Of a stretch of 21,934 nucleotides of DNA, positions 6,950-17,417 are shown one piece after another. This DNA comes from Candidatus Micrarchaeia archaeon. GTDB taxonomy: Archaea; Micrarchaeota; Micrarchaeia; Micrarchaeales; CABMGC01. Numbering within the stretch: position 1 is the first letter of the stretch; each line of letters starts with the position of its first letter. Made by a program: the position numbers and the translations under genes. The stretch is taken from the NCBI GenBank assembly GCA_049964835.1, contig JBMFWW010000009.1, positions 1 to 21,934 of the forward strand. Reading direction: 5' to 3'. The notes under the pieces were generated by a model. The model saw nothing but the letters and a program-made list of their open reading frames with translations. It ran no database searches and was not told where the DNA came from.

Positions 6950-8482
6950 TACTATTTTTCTAACAACAACTCCAAATAAAGGAATGCTTTTGGAAGCTTT
7001 TTCTATTAATTCAAGGTCTGTTTTTGAAATTCCTTTTAGGAAACCTAAAATTATTGGATATAAAAGAAATATTGCAAAAAAACCAAGAACCAATCCTATA
7101 GATTCTGGTATTATGAGCGTTAAAGGTAGTATAATAAATGCAAAAAGTATATTTGAAAATATTAATCTAGATAACTTTCTTAGCTTTATATCTATCCCTA
7201 ACTTACACAAATAATTAAAGTAGAGAATATTTGAAGCTATAGTACCTATGAAAAAAAGTGATAGTATAAGTCCATAAACATTAAAGAGCGGCACTAATAT
7301 TATTGTTGTTATTATTTGAATTATAGATGTTATTAGAGTGTACTTAAAAATCTTCTTTTGTTTTGCAGAGCTGATTAAAAAATTTGAACCAAAACCAGAG
7401 AATAAACTTATGAGTATACCTATACTTATTAGCTGCATGTAGGGAACAGAGCCTGCGTATGTATTTGAAAATGCTATGAAAGTTATCTCACCTGCAAAAA
7501 CAACCAAAAACATAATTATTGGCATAGCGAAAAGTATTGCCATATATACAGAATATGAAAAGAATTTGCCAGCATTTACTCCTTTTTTCTTTAGATATAT
7601 CGCTTCTGAAAACATTGGCAGTATAGCTAGGCCTATCGCTCCTACAAAAACATCTATGAGTGCTCCTATTTTTGATGCTACCCCATAGTAACCAACAAGT
7701 GATGCAGGAACAAGTATACCCAAAAACAATACTCCGAAGTTTCCAGATATGTTACTTGCAATATTAGAATATGCGAGAGATTTTGAAAATGAAAGTATAT
7801 TTATCGCACGCTTTTTGAAATTTTCTAATTTTATGTTTATACCGGATGTTTTGTAGAGCACACTAAACTCAAAGATTGTACTTATTACTAGTGCAATTAA
7901 ATAACCAGATATTGCACCGAGTATGCTAAATCCTAGAAGAACTAATCCAATACTAAAAATAAACTGCGCTATGGCATGCAATATGGAAGTTTTTGCAAGT
8001 ACCTTTCCGTTGTTCATGCTAAGTATGTATGAATAAAGATTTGTATAAAGCAATGAAAAGATAATTACCAACATGCTTATTTGAATAGCAAGTAGATTTG
8101 GAGCCGAATGGACCACATATATTGAAACATAACCGCTAAGTGCTAATCCTATTAATAATAAAAGCCCTCCGAAGATAATTGAAAGTAGTATTGTGTCTCC
8201 AAGCAGTAACTTGGCCTCATTATTTTTTTTACCTGATATAAGTTTTGGTATTCTTTCCGATATATACGAGTTAATACTAGGATTTCCAAAACCCGTAAGT
8301 AGTCCCACAACTGTCATTATAAGAGTATATATACCAAAATTTGAAGGACCGATTATTCTTGCTATTATTACAAATGTGACTAAATTTAAAATTAAGGATA
8401 CTCCTTTACCAAATGTTAAAAATGCTGCTACCTTTGTCATCTTGTTTGTTAACTCAGTTGATAAACTTTTTTCTGTTTCCAT
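6920..8482 (-). CDS. Wzx/RfbX-like (MOP superfamily) oligosaccharide flippase 2
   Basis: About 14 hydrophobic segments, with ARIIGPSNFGIY, VGYYGVASKI and LPMFS. The ATG directly follows the TAG of the upstream paralog. Overlaps the pyrG 3' end by 30 nt. Confidence 0.85.
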   Translation of the reverse strand: METEKSLSTELTNKMTKVAAFLTFGKGVSLILNLVTFVIIARIIGPSNFGIYTLIMTVVGLLTGFGNPSINSYISERIPKLISGKKNNEAKLLLGDTILLSIIFGGLLLLIGLALSGYVSIYVVHSAPNLLAIQISMLVIIFSLLYTNLYSYILSMNNGKVLAKTSILHAIAQFIFSIGLVLLGFSILGAISGYLIALVISTIFEFSVLYKTSGINIKLENFKKRAINILSFSKSLAYSNIASNISGNFGVLFLGILVPASLVGYYGVASKIGALIDVFVGAIGLAILPMFSEAIYLKKKGVNAGKFFSYSVYMAILFAMPIIMFLVVFAGEITFIAFSNTYAGSVPYMQLISIGILISLFSGFGSNFLISSAKQKKIFKYTLITSIIQIITTIILVPLFNVYGLILSLFFIGTIASNILYFNYLCKLGIDIKLRKLSRLIFSNILFAFIILPLTLIIPESIGLVLGFFAIFLLYPIILGFLKGISKTDLELIEKASKSIPLFGVVVRKIVSYANIFVRC

Positions 8483-10087
8483 CTATTCTCCATTTGTTTT
8501 TCTTTTGCCATTTATTTTTATATGTAATAAAACAGTATACTTTATAATAAAATTAAAGATGGTTGTAAATAAAGGAAGATTGGGAGTTATTGATTTTATT
8601 TTATCTAAATCAGACATTTCAATTACTCTGAATAATATGATAAATATAGGATATGTTATTATGAGAAGTATCGCTCCTAAAATTAATTCCAATATTGAAC
8701 TTTTTATTAATAAAACCAAGGATAGAGGTATGTAAAGTAATAGTGCACTAATAAATGAAAGTATTATTTTACTATATGAAATTTTTGTTTTTATGTTTTT
8801 AGTTAATGCTAAGTACATTAAAAGGCTATTGAGTATACCTCCTATTATGAATACAGGGATTATTACTCCGAAAACTCCAAGTATTGGCGTAAGCAAAAAT
8901 ATAAGTGCCAATTGTACTATTATTGATACTAAATTATACTTCAACATTTTTTTTGTGAATCCTTCTGAAGCAAGCAAACTTCCAGAATAGTATGCAAACA
9001 TGTTAAGCGCCATTCCAAATGTTATTAATGAAAGATATAGTGGTGCTTGTAGATATTTACTAGAGATAAGTATGTAGACTGCAGGCTGCGCCATTGCACT
9101 TACAAAGATTATGAATGGGAGTGTTATTACAAGAGCATATAATAATGCCTTTGTATATGCTTTGGATTTATTACCATTTTTATCTGCACTGGCTCTTGAA
9201 AAAAGAGGCAGTATAACAATAGACATAGTACCATAGGATATTGCAGCAAAGTTAAGACCTTTTATTGCTGCCCCATAATTTCCTAGTATTGCAGATGCAA
9301 CATAAAAACCAAGGAAAAGAATTGAGAAGTTTTGCACTGCTGTATTAAGAACATTATTTATTGCAAGAGGCAAAGAAAAGTTAAATGCATTTGATAGCAT
9401 TGCTTTAGTAGGTTTTATGATCTTAAAGTTTGGTTCCTTTCTTGCTTTAGATATCATAAAATAAACAGCAACAATAGAACCTATTATGTTTCCTATTAAT
9501 ATACCTATAACTGCACCATCTACACCAAAACTTAAACTCAATAAAAGTATTATCGATATTAATTGAATAACATCAACAGATACAGAAGTTATTGCAGCTT
9601 GTTTTGTGGAAGAAAAACCAACAAGAGCATGAACCGTAACGTTTTGAATCATCTGGAAAAAGATTATCAGACTCGCTATTGCAAGCGTAAGGTACGATAT
9701 AGATATATTTAAGGAAAAGATCTTTGGAACAAAGTTGCTTAAAATCAATGCAATTACAGTAAGGATAAATGCAACTATAAGTACCAGAACATATGAAGAA
9801 GAGATTGTTTCATTTATACCTCTTACGTTGTTGTTATGAGAGAATATTGAAAGATTTCTGCTCATATATGTACCTATGCCAAAGTTTCCTACGGCACTAA
9901 CTAAAGTAATAAAACCTATTGCGAAAGTATAAATTCCATAATTTGAAGGACCTAAAAATCTTGTTAAATATACAAATGTAAGTACTGTTATAAGAGCTCC
10001 TAAAATCTGACCTAGATATAATATCGATAGGGACTTGCCCGCATCTGAACCTATACTAGCTTTTTTTGTTATAGCCATCAAAACCAT
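8483..10087 (-). CDS. Wzx/RfbX-like (MOP superfamily) oligosaccharide flippase 1
   Basis: Polytopic protein with TRFLGPSNYGIY, LGNYGAA and LPLFS. Start placed at ATG 10087 (or 10078) rather than 10135, which would overlap the divergent promoter. Confidence 0.85.
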   Translation of the reverse strand: MVLMAITKKASIGSDAGKSLSILYLGQILGALITVLTFVYLTRFLGPSNYGIYTFAIGFITLVSAVGNFGIGTYMSRNLSIFSHNNNVRGINETISSSYVLVLIVAFILTVIALILSNFVPKIFSLNISISYLTLAIASLIIFFQMIQNVTVHALVGFSSTKQAAITSVSVDVIQLISIILLLSLSFGVDGAVIGILIGNIIGSIVAVYFMISKARKEPNFKIIKPTKAMLSNAFNFSLPLAINNVLNTAVQNFSILFLGFYVASAILGNYGAAIKGLNFAAISYGTMSIVILPLFSRASADKNGNKSKAYTKALLYALVITLPFIIFVSAMAQPAVYILISSKYLQAPLYLSLITFGMALNMFAYYSGSLLASEGFTKKMLKYNLVSIIVQLALIFLLTPILGVFGVIIPVFIIGGILNSLLMYLALTKNIKTKISYSKIILSFISALLLYIPLSLVLLIKSSILELILGAILLIITYPIFIILFRVIEMSDLDKIKSITPNLPLFTTIFNFIIKYTVLLHIKINGKRKTNGE

Positions 10088-10170
10088 TTTATAATAATAT
10101 AAAAGTATCTGCAAAGTATATTTATTCTTTGGCATATAAAGTTAATAAATATATAAGAAGTTTGTTTTTC
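10088..10170. promoter_or_regulatory. Divergent promoter region between the flippase pair and the GT-C-like gene
   Basis: 83-bp AT-rich spacer with TATA-like elements, e.g. AAATATATAA at about 10147-10156. Confidence 0.45.
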
Positions 10171-12465
10171 ATGAATGTTACTTTGCCAAAGTTAAATGTT
10201 AGCAAAAACAGATTAAAACCATATGCGATAGCGTTAATTTTATACGCTATAATAACAGTAGTTATGTTTTGGAATATTTCTGCAAATACAAACAGCCTTG
10301 TTGTAAATGGCGGAGGAGATGTTTATCAAAGCTTATGGGGATTATGGTGGGTTCCATATTCTGTATTTACTTTGCATTCTAATCCATATATAACTAGTAT
10401 GATATTATACCCGGTAGGAGCGAATCTTGCTACACAAACAATGACGCCATTGGCAGGATTACTCTTTGCTCCTTTGCAGGCATTAGGACTAGCTTTCGAA
10501 TACAACTTCTTATTTATAACAAGTTTTATAATTGGCGGAATTACAATGTTTATGCTTGCAAAGTATCTTGTAAAAGACAATTATGCAGCATTCATAGCAG
10601 GATTAATCTTTGCTTTTAGTCCAGTACATATAGCTCAATCATATTCTCATCTTCAGTGGACATTAACAGAATTCATACCGTTATTTGTTTTATTTTTCTT
10701 ATTGTGCATAAGAGAGAAAAAATTAAATGTAGTATACGGAGCTTTAGGAGGTATAAGCCTTGTTTTAGTAACTTTTATGGGAGATATAGAACAAGGAATA
10801 ATGATGATATTCTTTGCTATAGTTAGCATAATAATTCTTCTCGTTTTAGAAAGAAGAGAGATTTTAAGGAAAAGTACAATTTTCAATTTAGGTATGGTGG
10901 CTATATTTTTCTTAATATTTAGCTCTCCATTTATATACTGGTTTTCTGGAGCATATAACAGCTCAACGATAAGCTCTGCAAATCAATTAAATGGTATTGC
11001 GAACAATATGTTATATAGTGATACATTAGCGTCATTCTTCTTGCCTAGTTATTACAACGGTATTTTTCATAGTGCCTCGTTATCATATTTTAATCAAACA
11101 TATGAATTAACATATCAAGGAGTTCAGTACAGCGCAGATGTTACTGAGAAGATAGCGTATATTGGTTTTACAGTTCTTGCTCTTGCATTATTCAGCCTAT
11201 ATCATGAATACAAAAAGAATAGAATGCTTGAGATTAAGTATTGGATAATAATTGGTGTAATATTTGGCCTTTTAGCTTTAGGTCCAATACTTCAAATAAC
11301 AGATACAAGCACCGGAATACCTTCATTGTATTCAATATACAAAGCGGTACCTATTTTTAATGTAATAAGAGAACCTGGAAGATTTGATTTTGTTGTGACA
11401 TTAGCGCTTGCGGTTCTTGCGGCATTTGGAATAAAAAATCTTAGAGAAAAGGTCCATTATGTAAATAAAAATATTTTGTTGTCTATAATAGGGATATCTA
11501 TTTTAATACTAATAGAATACAATGGTATGCCTCTCTCTACAGCTTTTGCAAACCAATTAAGCACAAATGCCACAATACCTTATGCATTCAAACAGTTAGG
11601 TCAACAGAATCTGACAAATGATTTCTCAATGCTTATACTACCAGCACTGCCAAGTCAAGTCACAGGATATAAATACCCGGGACTTGAAATGTATTATGAT
11701 ACAGCTGCAAAGATACCGTTAGTTGGAGGTTACCCTACGAGAATAAATGCGACACAACAACAATTAGATGAAAATATACCATTAGCTGTATCTGCACTAT
11801 ATTTGCAAAGTGCTAACCTTACTCAAAATTATAATATAGAATATCCATCTCCCATTATAGAGAACTTCTCAGATTTGTCATTATTCTGGCTAGAACAGTA
11901 TAGAATAGGGATAGTTGTTGTTTTGAAAAGCGCTTATAATCAGAATGCATACTATGCATTAAACAGCTACTTGTCAAGTATTTTTGGAACTCCTTATGAA
12001 GATCAAAATCTAACTGCATTCTATGTTAAAAATGCTAACTTTAGCGTGTTTAATAATACAATAATATCATACACTGTAGGTACTTGGATTCCTGGATACA
12101 CATATGGCTATCTTCCATTTTGCAACCAACAAGGAGCATGCACAAACAGTACATATGCAAATGCGTGGTGGGGTGGAAATATAAGAGGAATTGTTGTATT
12201 TTCGCCTAAATCAGGTATGGTTCAGATGAAAACACAAATGGTAAATGCACAAAGTCAAAATCCGATATATATAGCGTTGAACGGAGCTAGAACTCCGTTA
12301 GTTATAAATGCTACAACAACATTAGAAAATTATACTATAAATCTTAACCTTAGTTATGGACTCAACCAGATAGTTTTCTATCAGAATAATGCTACTACTC
12401 AAACATCTAATCCTTATTTAACGTATGGTATGGACAACATAACATTTTCTTATATAGGAAAATGA
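10171..12465 (+). CDS. Large polytopic membrane protein, predicted GT-C-fold glycosyltransferase (YfhO-like) with extracellular C-terminal domain
   Basis: Acidic first loop GGGDVYQSLW after TM1, then YPVG, AGLIFAFSPVH, REPGRF and PLVGGY. About 12 TM segments are followed by a roughly 300-aa soluble domain with 14 N-glycosylation sequons. ATG at 10171 is preferred over TTG at 10129. Confidence 0.65.
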   Translation: MNVTLPKLNVSKNRLKPYAIALILYAIITVVMFWNISANTNSLVVNGGGDVYQSLWGLWWVPYSVFTLHSNPYITSMILYPVGANLATQTMTPLAGLLFAPLQALGLAFEYNFLFITSFIIGGITMFMLAKYLVKDNYAAFIAGLIFAFSPVHIAQSYSHLQWTLTEFIPLFVLFFLLCIREKKLNVVYGALGGISLVLVTFMGDIEQGIMMIFFAIVSIIILLVLERREILRKSTIFNLGMVAIFFLIFSSPFIYWFSGAYNSSTISSANQLNGIANNMLYSDTLASFFLPSYYNGIFHSASLSYFNQTYELTYQGVQYSADVTEKIAYIGFTVLALALFSLYHEYKKNRMLEIKYWIIIGVIFGLLALGPILQITDTSTGIPSLYSIYKAVPIFNVIREPGRFDFVVTLALAVLAAFGIKNLREKVHYVNKNILLSIIGISILILIEYNGMPLSTAFANQLSTNATIPYAFKQLGQQNLTNDFSMLILPALPSQVTGYKYPGLEMYYDTAAKIPLVGGYPTRINATQQQLDENIPLAVSALYLQSANLTQNYNIEYPSPIIENFSDLSLFWLEQYRIGIVVVLKSAYNQNAYYALNSYLSSIFGTPYEDQNLTAFYVKNANFSVFNNTIISYTVGTWIPGYTYGYLPFCNQQGACTNSTYANAWWGGNIRGIVVFSPKSGMVQMKTQMVNAQSQNPIYIALNGARTPLVINATTTLENYTINLNLSYGLNQIVFYQNNATTQTSNPYLTYGMDNITFSYIGK

Positions 12466-12521
12466 TTTTTTGTAGAAAATACTTAAATAGCTTTTTATTC
12501 TATGATAAATTGGGGATAAGA

Positions 12522-12767
12522 ATGGGGATTGAAGATTTGGTAGAAGGGCAAACGTATGACCTACGTTTAAGCGCAAGAAACAACAAGGGCGAAGGCATTG
12601 GAAAGATAGAGAATGTTGTTGTATTTGTAAAGAATGCCAACGCAAGAATAGGCAAGATGCACAGAGTAAAGATAACGAAGCTCTACAGAACATTTGCATA
12701 TGCAGAACTTGCGGACACATTGAATGATAGTAAGTATTTTATAGGTAATGGTGGATTAATAATATAG
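12522..12767 (+). CDS. Single TRAM-domain RNA-binding protein (archaeal RNA chaperone type)
   Basis: EGQTYDL...GEGIGKIENVVVFV...GKMHRVKITK...FAYAEL matches the TRAM pattern. ATG at 12522 is preferred over 12462. Confidence 0.85.
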   Translation: MGIEDLVEGQTYDLRLSARNNKGEGIGKIENVVVFVKNANARIGKMHRVKITKLYRTFAYAELADTLNDSKYFIGNGGLII

Positions 12768-12871
12768 ACCTGTTTATTTTTATTTATTAATTTTAATTAT
12801 ATTGGTAAATAGGCAACCATTTAAGTAATTTAAATTAATTTATTATATATTTATTATATTTTAGTGATTTT

Positions 12872-13510
12872 ATGATGGATTATGAAAAGTTTGCAGAAAA
12901 AGTAAGACACGGAACAACAACAATAGCATTAATATGCAGTGATGGTGTTGTTATGGGCTCTGATGTAAGAGCTACTTACTCTACATATATATCAAGCTCC
13001 GAAGCTATAAAAATACATAAAATAGACAACAATCTAGGCATGACAATAGCAGGAGGAGTTGGAGATGCAGAATATTTAGTAAAAGTACTTAAAATGCAAA
13101 ATGAGTTATATAAAATGGATGAAGGAAAATCAATGACTCCTAAAAATGCAACCTCAATAATGTCATTGATAATGCAAGAAAACAAGATGTATCCTTATTA
13201 TGTAGAATTAATAATCGGAGGGTTGAACAACGGTGTTCCGGAAATTTACAGTATAGATCCAGTAGGAGGACACATAAAAGAATCTAAGTTTACCTCAACG
13301 GGAAGCGGTTCTATAGCAGCAACAGGTTACATGGAAAGCGTTTATACAGAAGATATGCTTACACAGGACGCAGCAAAACACATAGCAAAGGCATTGAAGA
13401 TAGCGATGAAAAGAGACAGTGCGACTGGGGACGGAATAAAAATTGTATCTATAACTAAAAAGGGTTATAGAGAGTACACAAAAGAAGAAATAGAAAAAAT
13501 GATAAAATAA
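12872..13510 (+). CDS. psmB: 20S proteasome beta subunit
   Basis: Short propeptide ending HG|TTT (catalytic Thr1 at 12914), D-x-R-A-T, K33-equivalent, GSGS and RDSATG. GTGATTTT precedes the ATG. Confidence 0.96.
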   Translation: MMDYEKFAEKVRHGTTTIALICSDGVVMGSDVRATYSTYISSSEAIKIHKIDNNLGMTIAGGVGDAEYLVKVLKMQNELYKMDEGKSMTPKNATSIMSLIMQENKMYPYYVELIIGGLNNGVPEIYSIDPVGGHIKESKFTSTGSGSIAATGYMESVYTEDMLTQDAAKHIAKALKIAMKRDSATGDGIKIVSITKKGYREYTKEEIEKMIK

Positions 13511-13546
13511 ACGTTTTATTTTAAAGACTTTTTATACAGTGATTAG

Positions 13547-15487
13547 TTGAACAACGATAGTAGTGGGGAGAAGCAAATAAAGGAAAAAATAAAGGAACTT
13601 ATGCCTAATGAAGCCGAACTTTCAGAGATAGAGTTTGAAGGGCCTGACGTTGCAGTTTATGTTAAGAATATACCATTTGTGTATAGTGATGAAAGTATAA
13701 TAAAAAATATATCTGCTGCGATTAAGAAAAGATTGATAGTTAGAAGTGACCCTAAAGAGTTAATTGATGAAGATACGGCATTAAAAAAGATATTAGAACT
13801 AATGCCAAAAGACGCAGGAGTATCAGAAGAAGGAATAAAGTTTGATAAAGAATTTTCACAGGTTTATATCGAAGCACTAAAACCAGGCCTTGTGATAGGA
13901 AAGGGAGGTTCTACATTAATAAAGATAATAACAGAAACAAGATGGGTCCCAAAAGTTCTCAGAATACCAACAATGAATAGCGATGTCATAAAAGGAGTAA
14001 GGCAGTTAATGATAAGGGAAAATGAGTTCAGAAAGAAATTTTTAACCACAGTAGGTAAGAAAATTAATCAAAATATAGGTAAAAGTGAGTGGCTCAAGGC
14101 AACAGCTCTTGGCGGTTTTAAAGAGGTAGGAAGAAGCTGCTTGTTCTTAGAAACAAATCATTCTAAAATTCTGATAGACTGTGGCATAAGTCCAGAACCT
14201 GGAATAAAAGGTCTTGATACTACTAGCACAGAAAACAAAGCATTTCCTTATCTAGACAGCGCTAATCTTACTATAAATGATATCGATGCAGTAGTAATGA
14301 CCCACGCACATATGGACCATATGGGATTTATACCATATCTATATAAGTTTGGCTACACCGGTCCTGTTTATTGTACACCTCCTTCAAGAGATCTTGCCGC
14401 TTTGCTTTTATACGACTACAATAAATTAGTTGTAAGAACTGGAGGCACACCACTATATGGTGAAAAGGACATAAAGACAATGTTATCGCATATGATAACC
14501 AGAGATTATGGAGAGGTAACAAACATAACAGAAGAGATAAAACTTACATACCATAATGCGGGACATATACTTGGAAGTGGAATAGTTCATTTACATATTG
14601 GAGAAGGATTATACAACATTGTACATACTGGAGATATAAAGTATGGTTTTACAAGATTATATGATCAAGCAGATACAAAGTATCCTAGAATAGATGCTCT
14701 CTTTATAGAAAGCACTTATGGAGGCTCTAAAAATATAGGACATGATAGACAGAGTTCTGAAGTAGAGCTAATGCAGAGCATAAAGAGTACGATAGATAAT
14801 GGAGGTAAGGTACTTATACCATTGTTTGCAGTTGGAAGAGCTCAGGAGCTGCAGCTAGTTCTTGAAAATTATATGACTAACAACAAAGAGTACAAGATTG
14901 AGGCTCCTGTTTATTTAGATGGTATGCTACTAGAAGCTAGCGCAATACACACAGCTTACCCAGAGTACCTTAAGATGAGCTTAAGGCATAGAATACTAAA
15001 TAATAACTCACCCTTTGAAAGTGATATCTTTGAGGTAGCTAAGGGTGAGCGATCAGAAGTTCTTGATAAAGGACCAGCAATAGTATTGGCAAGTGGAGGA
15101 ATGCTTAATGGCGGAACCGCACTTGAGTACTTCAAGGCTCTTGCAGAAGATCCTAAGAACCTTCTTGTTTTTGTAGGATTTAACAGTGCAGGCTCTTTTG
15201 GAAGACGTGTACAGAATGGATTAACTGATACTGCGTTGCCAGGAGAAGATGGAAAAATGGAGCAGGTAAAAATAAAGATGCAAGTTAAAACTATTGACGC
15301 ATTTTCAGGACATAGCGATAGAATTCAACTAACAAACTTTGTAGAACATCTCAAACCACCAGCTAGGAAGATATACACTATGCATGGAGAAGAAAGTAGA
15401 TGTGAGGATCTTGCCCGCTTCCTAGGAAATAGATTCAAGGTAGAATCAAGATCCCCTATGGATTTAGATACTATACGATTCAAGTAG
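13547..15487 (+). CDS. fttA: Beta-CASP ribonuclease aCPSF1 / transcription termination factor FttA (2 KH + MBL/beta-CASP)
   Basis: FEGP, KPGLVIGKGG (KH), EVGRS, HAHMDH, AGHILGS, ESTYG, FSGHSD and HGE. TTG start after GTGAT. Follows psmB as in the conserved archaeal gene order. Confidence 0.95.
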   Translation: MNNDSSGEKQIKEKIKELMPNEAELSEIEFEGPDVAVYVKNIPFVYSDESIIKNISAAIKKRLIVRSDPKELIDEDTALKKILELMPKDAGVSEEGIKFDKEFSQVYIEALKPGLVIGKGGSTLIKIITETRWVPKVLRIPTMNSDVIKGVRQLMIRENEFRKKFLTTVGKKINQNIGKSEWLKATALGGFKEVGRSCLFLETNHSKILIDCGISPEPGIKGLDTTSTENKAFPYLDSANLTINDIDAVVMTHAHMDHMGFIPYLYKFGYTGPVYCTPPSRDLAALLLYDYNKLVVRTGGTPLYGEKDIKTMLSHMITRDYGEVTNITEEIKLTYHNAGHILGSGIVHLHIGEGLYNIVHTGDIKYGFTRLYDQADTKYPRIDALFIESTYGGSKNIGHDRQSSEVELMQSIKSTIDNGGKVLIPLFAVGRAQELQLVLENYMTNNKEYKIEAPVYLDGMLLEASAIHTAYPEYLKMSLRHRILNNNSPFESDIFEVAKGERSEVLDKGPAIVLASGGMLNGGTALEYFKALAEDPKNLLVFVGFNSAGSFGRRVQNGLTDTALPGEDGKMEQVKIKMQVKTIDAFSGHSDRIQLTNFVEHLKPPARKIYTMHGEESRCEDLARFLGNRFKVESRSPMDLDTIRFK

Positions 15488-16850
15488 TCTTCTGCCAGAA
15501 GCACTTTATAGTATCTGAAGTTCCGTTATTGCTAGAGTTTCCAAATACTATTATATATGACTTTATACTCTTTTCTTTTGCGTAGCTGTTTATTTTTGAC
15601 GTCATTTCTTCTTCATTTGAAAACTCATTTATATTAAGGCCTCTTATGCCATAATAAATACATAAAGAACGTCTGAGTTTTTCCGAATTAGATATAGAGA
15701 TTATTTCTGACTCAGGTCTAAAACTCGATAGCTTCTTTGCTGTTTTTCCGGTTATTGTAGGTACAAAAAGGCTTTCTGACTTACACATACGTGTTATTGC
15801 CGCTGCCGCTTCTGCTATTCCTTCATGCTTGTCATTAAATTCAAGAGCGCAATTGTTACTTATTTTTGAAACTGCTTCTGTATACAAAATAATACTTCTC
15901 ATTGCTTTAAGCGTATCTATAGGATATTTACCAACTGCGGTTTCATCACTTAACATAACACAATCGGTTCCCTGCTTTACTGCATTTGCAACGTCGGTTA
16001 TCTCAGCTCGCGTAGGGCTTTGATTTCTAGTCATACTTTCAAGCATTTGCGTTGCGACTATAACTGGTTTGCCCTGCTTTCTGCACTCTGTTATTATCTT
16101 ATCTTGTACTATTGGAACTTCGTTGAAATCTATATTTAGTGCCATGTCCCCTCTTGCTATCATTATACCGTCAGAAACTGAAACTATATTTTTAATATCA
16201 GCAATGGCTTCGCGCCTTTCTATTTTTGATATTAGTGGTACACTACCTGCAACCTTTCTTGCCTTATTTACATTTTCAGCGGATTTTACAAAGGATAACG
16301 CAATATAATCGAAATCATTCTGCTTTACAAACTCTATTAATTTAAGATCCTCTTCGGTAGGAGGTACAGCACTCATATCTATGCCTTTAACGTTTATGCC
16401 TTTTCTGCTGCCTATTCTTCCGTCCTGCAGAGCTTTACATATTATCTTGCGATCTTTTAAACCGATTATTTCTAATTTTGGATTTCCATCTCCTATCGAG
16501 ATCTCACAGCCTAACTTCATATCATCAAATATATCTACTTCGATAGGTACCTCGCCGGACTTAACATTAGATAAATGTGAAAATGTTATTGTATCTCCTG
16601 TTTTTATAAATAGATCATTTTCCAATTTTGAAACGCGTATTTTAGGACCAGGAAGATCTGCAAGTAATGCTATATCCTTGCCAATTTCTCTTGATAATTT
16701 TAATACTTGATTTTTAGCTGCAAGCTTTTCTTCAGGAGTTCCATGTGAAAAGTTGAAGCGTATTATGTCTGCATACAATAAAACTTCCTTTAGAACATTT
16801 TCCTCAGATATTGCTGGACCATATGTTGAAATAATCTTTGTGCGCATCAT
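15480..16850 (-). CDS. pyk: Pyruvate kinase
   Basis: RTKII-x-T-x-GP, RFNFSHG, DLPGPKIR, KIE, ARGD, ATQMLESM, PTRAE and MLSDETAVGKYP. Confidence 0.97.
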   Translation of the reverse strand: MMRTKIISTYGPAISEENVLKEVLLYADIIRFNFSHGTPEEKLAAKNQVLKLSREIGKDIALLADLPGPKIRVSKLENDLFIKTGDTITFSHLSNVKSGEVPIEVDIFDDMKLGCEISIGDGNPKLEIIGLKDRKIICKALQDGRIGSRKGINVKGIDMSAVPPTEEDLKLIEFVKQNDFDYIALSFVKSAENVNKARKVAGSVPLISKIERREAIADIKNIVSVSDGIMIARGDMALNIDFNEVPIVQDKIITECRKQGKPVIVATQMLESMTRNQSPTRAEITDVANAVKQGTDCVMLSDETAVGKYPIDTLKAMRSIILYTEAVSKISNNCALEFNDKHEGIAEAAAAITRMCKSESLFVPTITGKTAKKLSSFRPESEIISISNSEKLRRSLCIYYGIRGLNINEFSNEEEMTSKINSYAKEKSIKSYIIVFGNSSNNGTSDTIKCFWQKTT

Positions 16851-16885
16851 AAAATCAATTATTAATATGTTTAAAATAATATAAA

Positions 16886-17407
16886 TTAGTTACTTGAAAA
16901 TTCTTTAGCGTAATAAATAACAGCATATGCTTTTGTATGTTCTATCTTTTTTCTTAGCTCTTCTTCCAATGTTTCAGGAAGTTTTTGCATTCCTACCTTT
17001 ATCAATTCAGTATTATTAGAGTTACGTAGCAGGTCCATTGCTTTGAAAGGATCTCTTGTTTTCCTTCTTAAAAAAGATAGTTTCATAAGTAGATCATGAT
17101 TAACTTCGCCAGTTATTCTGTCTGTAGATAGGTATCTTACAAAATCTCCTATTAATCTATAATCATATGTATCTGATGCAACTCTGGCTAACTTTTTAGT
17201 TACCTCTAATGCTTTATTTTTGTCTCTCTGCGAGTAAATACAATCAGTAGCTATCATTGCTGCAGGAGGATAATTTGTTTCCTGTTTTATAACCCTAAAT
17301 AAAGTAACAAATTCTACAGACTCCTTTAATTCGAAATTAAATTTGTTAATGCATGCAGTAATTCTTTCACTTAGATGTTTACTTTGATATTTATTTAAGT
17401 GTGTCAT
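16886..17407 (-). CDS. Hypothetical basic alpha-helical protein, 173 aa
   Basis: Uninterrupted ORF with ATG start and no recognisable family; partial similarity to its neighbour 17418..17912. Confidence 0.65.
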   Translation of the reverse strand: MTHLNKYQSKHLSERITACINKFNFELKESVEFVTLFRVIKQETNYPPAAMIATDCIYSQRDKNKALEVTKKLARVASDTYDYRLIGDFVRYLSTDRITGEVNHDLLMKLSFLRRKTRDPFKAMDLLRNSNNTELIKVGMQKLPETLEEELRKKIEHTKAYAVIYYAKEFSSN

Positions 17408-17417
17408 TTACTCATAT

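Noticed and set aside
12462..12521. ATG 12462 as the TRAM protein start (ATGA overlap with the upstream gene)
   Set aside because: It adds 20 residues that do not resemble TRAM proteins, and the domain begins just after ATG 12522. Not fully excluded.
12872..15487. psmB-aCPSF1 adjacency as a novel system
   Set aside because: This is a well-known conserved archaeal gene order.
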